DNA of 64,000 nucleotides from Eledone cirrhosa (Eukaryota). The notes below the pieces were generated by a model. It ran no database searches. It was given only the letters and a program-made list of their open reading frames with translations, and was not told the origin of the DNA. How positions within the stretch are numbered: position 1 is the first letter of the stretch; every line of letters starts with the position of its first letter. The DNA is taken from NCBI GenBank assembly GCA_964016885.1, contig OZ024742.1, positions 70,990,001-71,054,000 of the forward strand, given 5' to 3'. Positions 39,901 through 51,900 of the stretch are shown here, one piece after another. Made by a program: the position numbers and the translations under genes.

Positions 39901-42900
39901 GTGTTTAGTAGACAGAAGCTGAAGAAGCCAGTCATGTGTGTGTTTAGTAGACAGAAACTGAAGAAGCCAGTCATATGTGTGTTTAGTTGACAGAAACTGA
40001 AGCCAGTCATGTGTGTGTTTAATAGACAGAAACTGAAGAAGCCAATTATGTGTGTGTTTAGTAGACAGAAACTGAAGAAGCCAGTCATGTGTGTGTTTAG
40101 TTGACAGAAACTGAAGAAGCCAGTCATATGTGTGTTTAGTAGACAGAAGCTGAAGAAGCCAGTCATGTGTGTGTTTAGTTGACAGAAACTGAAGAAGCCA
40201 GTCATATGTGTGTTTAGTTGACAGAAACTGAAGAACCCAGTCATGTGTGTGTTTAGTAGACAGAAGCTGAAGAAGCCAGTCATATGTGTGTTTTGTAGAC
40301 AGAAACTGAAGAACCCAGTCATGTGTGTGTTTAGTAGACTGAAGCTGAAGAAGCCAGTCATGTGTGTGTTTAGTAGATAGAAACTGAAGGCGCCAGTCAT
40401 GTGTGTGTTTAGTAGACAGAAACTAAAGAAGCCAGTCATGTGTGTGTTTAATAGACAGAAACTGAAGAAGCCAGTCATGTGTGTGTTTAGTAGACAGAAA
40501 CAGAAGAAGCCAGTCATGTGTGTGTTTAGTAGACAGAAGCTGAAGAAGCCAGTCATGTGTGTGTTTAGTAGACAGAAGCTGAAGAAGCCAGTCATGTGTG
40601 TGTTTAGTAGACAGAAGCTGAAGAAGCCAGTCATATGTGTGTTTAGTAGACAGAAACTGAAGAACCCAGTCATGTGTGTGTTTAGTAGACAGAAGCTGAA
40701 GAAGCCAGTCATGTGTGTGTTTCGTCGACAGAAACTGAAGAAGCCAGTCATATGTGTGTTTAGTAGACAGAAACTGAAGAAGCCAGTCATGTGTGTGTTT
40801 AGTAGACAGAAGCTGAAGAAGCCAGTCATGTGTATGTTTAGTTGACAGAAACTGAAGAAGCCAGTCATATGTGTGTTTAGTAGACAGAAGCTGAAGAAGC
40901 CAGTCATGTGTGTGTTTAGTTGACAGAAACTGAAGAAGCCAGTCATATGTGTGTTTAGTTGACAGAAACTGAAGAACCCAGTCATGTGTGTGTTTAGTAG
41001 ACAGAAGCTGAAGAAGCCAGTCATGTGTGTGTTTAGTAGACAGAAGCTGAAGAAGCCAGTCATATGTGTGTTTAGTAGACAGAAGCTGAAGAAGCCAGTC
41101 ATGTGTGTGTTTAGTTGACAGAAAGTGAAGAAGCCAGTCATATGCGTGTTTAGTAGACAGAAGCTGAAGAAGCCAGTCATATGTGTGTTTAGTAGACAGA
41201 AGCTGAAGAAGCCAGTCATGTGTGTGTTTAGTAGACAGAAGCTGAAGAAGCCAGTCATGTGTGTGTTTAGTAGACAGAAGCTGAAGAAGCCAGTCATGTG
41301 TGTGTTTAGTAGACAGAAGCTGAAGAAGCCAGTCATGTGTGTGTTTAGTAGACAGAAACTGAAGAAGCCAGTCATGTGTGTGTTTAGTAGACAGAAGCTG
41401 AAGAAGCCAGTCATATGTGTGTTTAGTAGACAGAAACTGAAGAACCCAGTCATGTGTGTGTTTAGTAGACAGAAGCTGAAGAAGCCAGTCATGTGTATGT
41501 TTAGTTGACAGAAACTGAAGAAGCCAGTCATGTGTGTGTTGAGTAGACAGAAACTGAAGAAGCCAGTCATGTGTGTGTTTAGTTGACAGAAACTGAAGCC
41601 AGTCATGTGTGTGTTGAGTAGACAGAAACTGAAGAAGCCAGTCATGTGTGTGTTTAGTTGACAGAAACTGAAGCCAGTCATGTGTGTGTTTAGTAGACAG
41701 AAACTGAAGAAGCCAGTCATGTGTGTGTTTAGTAAACAGAAACTGAAGAAGCCAGTCATGTGTGTGTTTAGTTGACAGAAACTGAAGCCAGTCATGTGTG
41801 TGTTTAGTTGACAGAAACTGAAGAAGCCAGTCATGTGTGTGTTTAGTTGACAGAAACTGAAGCCAGTCATGTGTGTGTTTAGTTGACAGAAACTGAAGAA
41901 GCCAGTCATGTGTGTGTTTAGTTGACAGAAACTGAAGAAGCCAGTCATATGTGTGTTTAGTTGACAGAAACTGAAGAAGCCAGTCATGTGTGTGTTTAGT
42001 AGACAGAAACTTAAGAACCCAGTCATGTGTGTGTTTAGTAGACAGAAGCTGAAGAAGCCAGTCATGTGTGTGTTTAGTAGACTGAAGCTGAAGAAGCCAG
42101 TCATGTGTGTGTTTAGTAGATAGAAACTGAAGGCGCCAGTCATGTGTGTGTTTAGTAGACAGAAACTAAAGAAGCCAGTCATGTGTGTGTTTAATAGACA
42201 GAAGCTGAAGAAGCCAGTCATGTGTGTGTTTAGTAGACAGAAGCTGAAGAAGCCAGTCATGTGTGTGTTTAGTAGACAGAAGCTGAAGAAGCCAGTCATG
42301 TGTGTGTTTAGTAGACAGAAGCTGAAGAAGCCAGTCATGTGTGTGTTTAATAGACAGAAACTGAAGAAGCCAGTCATGTGTGTGTTTAGTAGACAGAAAC
42401 TGAAGAAGCCAGTCATGTGTGTGTTTAGTAGACAGAAGCTGAAGAAGCCAGTCATGTGTGTGTTTAGTAGACAGAAGCTGAAGAAGCCAGTCATGTGTGT
42501 GTTTAGTAGACAGAAGCTGAAGAAGCCAGTCATGTGTGTGTTTAGTAGACAGAAGCTGAAGAAGCCAGTCATGTGTGTGTTTAGTAGACAGAAGCTGAAG
42601 AAGCCAGTCATATGTGTGTTTAGTAGACAGAAACTGAAGAACCCAGTCATGTGTGTGTTTAGTAGACAGAAGCTGAAGAAGCCAGTCATGTGTGTGTTTC
42701 GTCGACAGAAACTGAAGAAGCCAGTCATATGTGTGTTTAGTAGACAGAAACTGAAGAAGCCAGTCATGTGTGTGTTTAGTAGACAGAAGCTGAAGAAGCC
42801 AGTCATGTGTATGTTTAGTTGACAGAAACTGAAGAAGCCAGTCATATGTGTGTTTAGTAGACAGAAGCTGAAGAAGCCAGTCATGTGTGTGTTTAGTTGA

Positions 42901-45900
42901 CAGAAACTGAAGAAGCCAGTCATATGTGTGTTTAGTTGACAGAAACTGAAGAACCCAGTCATGTGTGTGTTTAGTAGACAGAAGCTGAAGAAGCCAGTCA
43001 TGTGTGTGTTTAGTAGACAGAAGCTGAAGAAGCCAGTCATATGTGTGTTTAGTAGACAGAAGCTGAAGAAGCCAGTCATGTGTGTGTTTAGTTGACAGAA
43101 AGTGAAGAAGCCAGTCATATGCGTGTTTAGTAGACAGAAGCTGAAGAAGCCAGTCATGTGTGTGTTTAGTAGACAGAAACTGAAGAAGCCAGTCATGTGT
43201 GTGTTTAGTAGACAGAAGCTGAAGAAGCCAGTCATATGTGTGTTTAGTAGACAGAAACTGAAGAACCCAGTCATGTGTGTGTTTAGTAGACAGAAGCTGA
43301 AGAAGCCAGTCATGTGTGTGTTTAGTCGACAGAAACTGAAGAAGCCAGTCATATGTGTGTTTAGTAGACAGAAGCTGAAGAAGCCAGTCATGTGTGTGTT
43401 TAGTAAACAGAAACTGAAGAAGCCAGTCATATGTGTGTTTAGTTGACAGAAACTGAAGCCAGTCATGTGTGTGTTTAATAGACAGAAACTGAAGAAGCCA
43501 ATTATGTGTGTGTTTAGTAGACAGAAACTGAAGAAGCCAGTCATGTGTGTGTTTAGTTGACAGAAACTGAAGAAGCCAGTCATATGTGTGTTTAGTAGAC
43601 AGAAACTGAAGAACCCAGTCATGTGTGTGTTTAGTAGACAGAAGCTGAAGAAGCCAGTCATGTGTGTGTTTCGTCGACAGAAACTGAAGAAGCCAGTCAT
43701 ATGTGTGTTTAGTAGACAGAAACTGAAGAAGCCAGTCATGTGTGTGTTTAGTAGACAGAAGCTGAAGAAGCCAGTCATGTGTATGTTTAGTTGACAGAAA
43801 CTGAAGAAGCCAGTCATATGTGTGTTTAGTAGACAGAAGCTGAAGAAGCCAGTCATGTGTGTGTTTAGTTGACAGAAACTGAAGAAGCCAGTCATATGTG
43901 TGTTTAGTTGACAGAAACTGAAGAACCCAGTCATGTGTGTGTTTAGTAGACAGAAGCTGAAGAAGCCAGTCATGTGTGTGTTTAGTAGACAGAAGCTGAA
44001 GAAGCCAGTCATATGTGTGTTTAGTAGACAGAAGCTGAAGAAGCCAGTCATGTGTGTGTTTAGTTGACAGAAAGTGAAGAAGCCAGTCATATGCGTGTTT
44101 AGTAGACAGAAGCTGAAGAAGCCAGTCATGTGTGTGTTTAGTAGACAGAAACTGAAGAAGCCAGTCATGTGTGTGTTTAGTAGACAGAAGCTGAAGAAGC
44201 CAGTCATATGTGTGTTTAGTAGACAGAAACTGAAGAACCCAGTCATGTGTGTGTTTAGTAGACAGAAGCTGAAGAAGCCAGTCATGTGTGTGTTTAATAG
44301 ACAGAAACTGAAGAAGCCAGTCATGTGTGTGTTTAGTAGACAGAAGCTGAAGAAGCCAGTCATGTGTGTGTTTAGTAGACAGAAGCTGAAGAAGCCAGTC
44401 ATGTGTGTGTTTAGTAGACAGAAGCTGAAGAAGCCAGTCATGTGTGTGTTTAGTAGACAGAAGCTGAAGAAGCCAGTCATGTGTGTGTTTAATAGACAGA
44501 AACTGAAGAAGCCAGTCATGTGTGTGTTTAGTAGACAGAAGCTGAAGAAGCCAGTCATGTGTGTGTTTAGTAGACAGAAGCTGAAGAAGCCAGTCATGTG
44601 TGTGTTTAGTAGACAGAAGCTGAAGAAGCCAGTCATGTGTGTGTTTAGTAGACAGAAGCTGAAGAAGCCAGTCATATGTGTGTTTAGTAGACAGAAACAG
44701 AAGAAGCCAGTCATGTGTGTGTTTAGTAGACAGAAGCTGAAGAAGCCAGTCATGTGTGTGTTTAGTAGACAGAAGCTGAAGAAGCCAGTCATGTGTGTGT
44801 TTAGTAGACAGAAGCTGAAGAAGCCAGTCATGTGTGTGTTTAGTAGACAGAAGCTGAAGAAGCCAGTCATATGTGTGTTTAGTAGACAGAAACTGAAGAA
44901 CCCAGTCATGTGTGTGTTTAGTAGACAGAAGCTGAAGAAGCCAGTCATGTGTGTGTTTCGTCGACAGAAACTGAAGAAGCCAGTCATATGTGTGTTTAGT
45001 AGACAGAAACTGAAGAAGCCAGTCATGTGTGTGTTTAGTAGACAGAAGCTGAAGAAGCCAGTCATGTGTATGTTTAGTTGACAGAAACTGAAGAAGCCAG
45101 TCATATGTGTGTTTAGTAGACAGAAGCTGAAGAAGCCAGTCATGTGTGTGTTTAGTTGACAGAAACTGAAGAAGCCAGTCATATGTGTGTTTAGTTGACA
45201 GAAACTGAAGAACCCAGTCATGTGTGTGTTTAGTAGACAGAAGCTGAAGAAGCCAGTCATGTGTGTGTTTAGTAGACAGAAGCTGAAGAAGCCAGTCATA
45301 TGTGTGTTTAGTAGACAGAAGCTGAAGAAGCCAGTCATGTGTGTGTTTAGTTGACAGAAAGTGAAGAAGCCAGTCATATGCGTGTTTAGTAGACAGAAGC
45401 TGAAGAAGCCAGTCATGTGTGTGTTTAGTAGACAGAAACTGAAGAAGCCAGTCATGTGTGTGTTTAGTAGACAGAAGCTGAAGAAGCCAGTCATATGTGT
45501 GTTTAGTAGACAGAAACTGAAGAACCCAGTCATGTGTGTGTTTAGTAGACAGAAGCTGAAGAAGCCAGTCATGTGTGTGTTTAGTCGACAGAAACTGAAG
45601 AAGCCAGTCATATGTGTGTTTAGTAGACAGAAGCTGAAGAAGCCAGTCATGTGTGTGTTTAGTAGACAGAAACTGAAGAAGCCAGTCATATGTGTGTTTA
45701 GTTGACAGAAACTGAAGCCAGTCATGTGTGTGTTTAATAGACAGAAACTGAAGAAGCCAATTATGTGTGTGTTTAGTAGACAGAAACTGAAGAAGCCAGT
45801 CATGTGTGTGTTTAGTTGACAGAAACTGAAGAAGCCAGTCATATGTGTGTTTAGTAGACAGAAGCTGAAGAAGCCAGTCATGTGTGTGTTTAGTTGACAG

Positions 45901-48900
45901 AAACTGAAGAAGCCAGTCATATGTGTGTTTAGTTGACAGAAACTGAAGAACCCAGTCATGTGTGTGTTTAGTAGACAGAAGCTGAAGAAGCCAGTCATGT
46001 GTGTGTTTAGTAGACAGAAGCTGAAGAAGCCAGTCATATGTGTGTTTTGTAGACAGAAACTGAAGAACCCAGTCATGTGTGTGTTTAGTAGACTGAAGCT
46101 GAAGAAGCCAGTCATGTGTGTGTTTAGTAGATAGAAACTGAAGGCGCCAGTCATGTGTGTGTTTAGTAGACAGAAACTAAAGAAGCCAGTCATGTGTGTG
46201 TTTAATAGACAGAAACTGAAGAAGCCAGTCATGTGTGTGTTTAGTAGACAGAAACAGAAGAAGCCAGTCATGTGTGTGTTTAGTAGACAGAAGCTGAAGA
46301 AGCCAGTCATGTGTGTGTTTAGTAGACAGAAGCTGAAGAAGCCAGTCATGTGTGTGTTTAGTAGACAGAAGCTGAAGAAGCCAGTCATATGTGTGTTTAG
46401 TAGACAGAAACTGAAGAACCCAGTCATGTGTGTGTTTAGTAGACAGAAGCTGAAGAAGCCAGTCATGTGTGTGTTTCGTCGACAGAAACTGAAGAAGCCA
46501 GTCATGTGTGTGTTTAGTAGACAGAAGCTGAAGAAGCCAGTCATGTGTATGTTTAGTTGACAGAAACTGAAGAAGCCAGTCATATGTGTGTTTAGTAGAC
46601 AGAAGCTGAAGAAGCCAGTCATGTGTGTGTTTAGTAGACAGAAACTGAAGAAGCCAGTCATGTGTGTGTTTAGTAGACAGAAGCTGAAGAAGCCAGTCAT
46701 GTGTATGTTTAGTTGACAGAAACTGAAGAAGCCAGTCATATGTGTGTTTAGTAGACAGAAGCTGAAGAAGCCAGTCATGTGTGTGTTTAGTTGACAGAAA
46801 CTGAAGAAGCCAGTCATATGTGTGTTTAGTTGACAGAAACTGAAGAACCCAGTCATGTGTGTGTTTAGTAGACAGAAGCTGAAGAAGCCAGTCATGTGTG
46901 TGTTTAGTAGACAGAAGCTGAAGAAGCCAGTCATATGTGTGTTTAGTAGACAGAAGCTGAAGAAGCCAGTCATGTGTGTGTTTAGTTGACAGAAAGTGAA
47001 GAAGCCAGTCATATGCGTGTTTAGTAGACAGAAGCTGAAGAAGCCAGTCATGTGTGTGTTTAGTAGACAGAAGCTGAAGAAGCCAGTCATGTGTGTGTTT
47101 AGTAGACAGAAGCTGAAGAAGCCAGTCATGTGTGTGTTTAGTAGACAGAAACTGAAGAAGCCAGTCATGTGTGTGTTTAGTAGACAGAAGCTGAAGAAGC
47201 CAGTCATATGTGTGTTTAGTAGACAGAAACTGAAGAACCCAGTCATGTGTGTGTTTAGTAGACAGAAGCTGAAGAAGCCAGTCATGTGTATGTTTAGTTG
47301 ACAGAAACTGAAGAAGCCAGTCATGTGTGTGTTGAGTAGACAGAAACTGAAGAAGCCAGTCATGTGTGTGTTTAATAGACAGAAACTGAAGCCAGTCATG
47401 TGTGTGTTTAGTAGACAGAAACTGAAGACGCCAGTCATGTGTGTGTTTAGTAGACAGAAACTGAAGAAGCCGGTCATGTGTGTGTTTAGTAGACAGAAAG
47501 TGAAGAAACCAGTCATGTGTGTGTTTAGTAGACAGAAAGTGAAGAAGCCAGTCATGTGTGTGTTTAGTAAACAGAAACTGAAGAAGCCAGTCATGTGTGT
47601 GTTTAGTTGACAGAAACTGAAGCCAGTCATGTGTGTGTTTAGTTGACAGAAACTGAAGAAGCCAGTCATGTGTGTGTTTAGTTGACAGAAACTGAAGCCA
47701 GTCATGTGTGTGTTTAGTTGACAGAAACTGAAGAAGCCAGTCATGTGTGTGTTTAGTTGACAGAAACTGAAGAAGCCAGTCATATGTGTGTTTAGTTGAC
47801 AGAAACTGAAGAAGCCAGTCATGTGTGTGTTTAGTAGACAGAAACTTAAGAACCCAGTCATGTGTGTGTTTAGTAGACAGAAGCTGAAGAAGCCAGTCAT
47901 GTGTGTGTTTAGTAGACTGAAGCTGAAGAAGCCAGTCATGTGTGTGTTTAGTAGATAGAAACTGAAGGCGCCAGTCATGTGTGTGTTTAGTAGACAGAAA
48001 CTAAAGAAGCCAGTCATGTGTGTGTTTAGTAGACAGAAGCTGAAGAAGCCAGTCATGTGTGTGTTTCGTCGACAGAAACTGAAGAAGCCAGTCATATGTG
48101 TGTTTAGTAGACAGAAACTGAAGAAGCCAGTCATGTGTGTGTTTAGTAGACAGAAGCTGAAGAAGCCAGTCATGTGTATGTTTAGTTGACAGAAACTGAA
48201 GAAGCCAGTCATATGTGTGTTTAGTAGACAGAAGCTGAAGAAGCCAGTCATGTGTGTGTTTAGTTGACAGAAACTGAAGAAGCCAGTCATATGTGTGTTT
48301 AGTTGACAGAAACTGAAGAACCCAGTCATGTGTGTGTTTAGTAGACAGAAGCTGAAGAAGCCAGTCATGTGTGTGTTTAGTAGACAGAAGCTGAAGAAGC
48401 CAGTCATATGTGTGTTTAGTAGACAGAAGCTGAAGAAGCCAGTCATGTGTGTGTTTAGTTGACAGAAAGTGAAGAAGCCAGTCATATGCGTGTTTAGTAG
48501 ACAGAAGCTGAAGAAGCCAGTCATGTGTGTGTTTAGTAGACAGAAACTGAAGAAGCCAGTCATGTGTGTGTTTAGTAGACAGAAGCTGAAGAAGCCAGTC
48601 ATATGTGTGTTTAGTAGACAGAAACTGAAGAACCCAGTCATGTGTGTGTTTAGTAGACAGAAGCTGAAGAAGCCAGTCATGTGTGTGTTTAGTCGACAGA
48701 AACTGAAGAAGCCAGTCATATGTGTGTTTAGTAGACAGAAGCTGAAGAAGCCAGTCATGTGTGTGTTTAGTAAACAGAAACTGAAGAAGCCAGTCATATG
48801 TGTGTTTAGTTGACAGAAACTGAAGCCAGTCATGTGTGTGTTTAATAGACAGAAACTGAAGAAGCCAATTATGTGTGTGTTTAGTAGACAGAAACTGAAG

Positions 48901-51900
48901 AAGCCAGTCATGTGTGTGTTTAGTTGACAGAAACTGAAGAAGCCAGTCATATGTGTGTTTAGTAGACAGAAGCTGAAGAAGCCAGTCATGTGTGTGTTTA
49001 GTTGACAGAAACTGAAGAAGCCAGTCATATGTGTGTTTAGTTGACAGAAACTGAAGAACCCAGTCATGTGTGTGTTTAGTAGACAGAAGCTGAAGAAGCC
49101 AGTCATGTGTGTGTTTAGTAGACAGAAGCTGAAGAAGCCAGTCATATGTGTGTTTTGTAGACAGAAACTGAAGAACCCAGTTATGTGTGTGTTTAGTAGA
49201 CAGAAGCTGAAGAAGCCAGTCATGTGTGTGTTTAGTCGACAGAAACTGAAGAAGCCAGTCATATGTGTGTTTAGTAGACAGAAACTGAAGAAGCCAGTCA
49301 TGTGTGTGTTTAGTAGACAGAAGCTGAAGAAGCCAGTCATGTGTATGTTTAGTTGACAGAAACTGAAGAAGCCAGTCATATGTGTGTTTAGTAGACAGAA
49401 GCTGAAGAAGCCAGTCATGTGTGTGTTTAGTTGACAGAAACTGAAGAAGCCAGTCATATGTGTGTTTAGTTGACAGAAACTGAAGAACCCAGTCATGTGT
49501 GTGTTTAGTAGACAGAAGCTGAAGAAGCCAGTCATGTGTGTGTTTAGTAGACAGAAGCTGAAGAAGCCAGTCATATGTGTGTTTAGTAGACAGAAGCTGA
49601 AGAAGCCAGTCATGTGTGTGTTTAGTTGACAGAAAGTGAAGAAGCCAGTCATATGCGTGTTTAGTTGACAGAAGCTGAAGAAGCCAGTCATGTGTGTGTT
49701 TAGTAGACAGAAGCTGAAGAAGCCAGTCATGTGTGTGTTTAGTAGACAGAAACTGAAGACGCCAGTCATGTGAGTGTTTAGTAGACAGAAACTGAAGAAG
49801 CCGGTCATGTGTGTGTTTAGTAGACAGAAGCTGAAGAAGCCAGTCATATGTGTGTTTAGTAGACAGAAGCTGAAGAAGCCAGTCATGTGTGTGTTTAGTT
49901 GACAGAAACTGAAGAAGCCAGTCATGTGAGTGTTTAGTAGACAGAAACTGAAGAAGCCAGTCATGTGTGTGTTTAGTAGACAGAAGCTGAAGAAGCCAGT
50001 CATGTGTGTGTTTAGTTGACAGAAACTGAAGAAGCCAGTCATGTGTATGTTTAGTAGACAGAAAGTGAAGAAGCCAGTCATGTGTGTGTTTAGTAGACAG
50101 AAGCTGAAGAAGCCAGTCATATGTGTGTTTAGTAGACAGAAACTGAAGAAGCCAGTCATGTGTATGTTTAGTAGACAGAAAGTGAAGAAGCCAGTCATGT
50201 GTGTGTTTAGTAGACAGAAACTGAAGAAGCCAGTCATGTGTGTGTTTAGTTGACAGAAACTGAAGCCAGTCATGTGTGTGTTTAGTTGACAGAAACTGAA
50301 GAAGCCAGTCATGTGTGTGTTTAGTTGACAGAAACTGAAGAAGCCAGTCATATGTGTGTTTAGTTGACAGAAACTGAAGAAGCCAGTCATGTGTGTGTTT
50401 AGTAGACAGAAACTTAAGAACCCAGTCATGTGTGTGTTTAGTAGACAGAAGCTGAAGAAGCCAGTCATGTGTGTGTTTAGTAGACTGAAGCTGAAGAAGC
50501 CAGTCATGTGTGTGTTTAGTAGATAGAAACTGAAGGCGCCAGTCATGTGTGTGTTTAGTAGACAGAAACTAAAGAAGCCAGTCATGTGTGTGTTTAATAG
50601 ACAGAAACTGAAGAAGCCAGTCATGTGTGTGTTTAGTAGACAGAAACAGAAGAAGCCAGTCATGTGTGTGTTTAGTAGACAGAAGCTGAAGAAGCCAGTC
50701 ATGTGTGTGTTTAGTAGACAGAAGCTGAAGAACCCAGTCATGTGTGTGTTTAGTAGACAGAAGCTGAAGAAGCCAGTCATGTGTGTGTTTCGTCGACAGA
50801 AACTGAAGAAGCCAGTCATATGTGTGTTTAGTAGACAGAAACTGAAGAAGCCAGTCATGTGTGTGTTTAGTAGACAGAAGCTGAAGAAGCCAGTCATGTG
50901 TATGTTTAGTTGACAGAAACTGAAGAAGCCAGTCATATGTGTGTTTAGTAGACAGAAGCTGAAGAAGCCAGTCATGTGTGTGTTTAGTTGACAGAAACTG
51001 AAGAAGCCAGTCATATGTGTGTTTAGTTGACAGAAACTGAAGAACCCAGTCATGTGTGTGTTTAGTAGACAGAAGCTGAAGAAGCCAGTCATGTGTGTGT
51101 TTAGTAGACAGAAGCTGAAGAAGCCAGTCATATGTGTGTTTAGTAGACAGAAAGTGAAGAAGCCAGTCATGTGTGTGTTTAGTTGACAGAAAGTGAAGAA
51201 GCCAGTCATATGCGTGTTTAGTAGACAGAAGCTGAAGAAGCCAGTCATATGTGTGTTTAGTAGACAGAAGCTGAAGAAGCCAGTCATGTGTGTGTTTAGT
51301 TGACAGAAACTGAAGAAGCCAGTCATGTGTGTGTTTAGTTGACAGAAAGTGAAGAAGCCAGTCATATGCGTGTTTAGTAGACAGAAGCTGAAGAAGCCAG
51401 TCATGTGTGTGTTTAGTAGACAGAAGCTGAAGAAGCCAGTCATGTGTGTGTTTAGTAGACAGAAGCTGAAGAAGCCAGTCATGTGTGTGTTTAGTAGACA
51501 GAAGCTGAAGAAGCCAGTCATGTGTGTGTTTAGTAGACAGAAGCTGAAGAAGCCAGTCATGTGTGTGTTTAGTAGACAGAAGCTGAAGAAGCCAGTCATA
51601 TGTGTGTTTAGTAGACAGAAACTGAAGAACCCAGTCATGTGTGTGTTTAGTAGACAGAAGCTGAAGAAGCCAGTCATGTGTATGTTTAGTTGACAGAAAC
51701 TGAAGAAGCCAGTCATGTGTGTGTTGAGTAGACAGAAACTGAAGAAGCCAGTCATGTGTGTGTTTAGTTGACAGAAACTGAAGAAGCCAGTCATATGTGT
51801 GTTTAGTAGACAGAAGCTGAAGAAGCCAGTCATGTGTGTGTTTAGTAGACAGAAGCTGAAGAAGCCAGTCATGTGTGTGTTTAGTAGACAGAAGCTGAAG

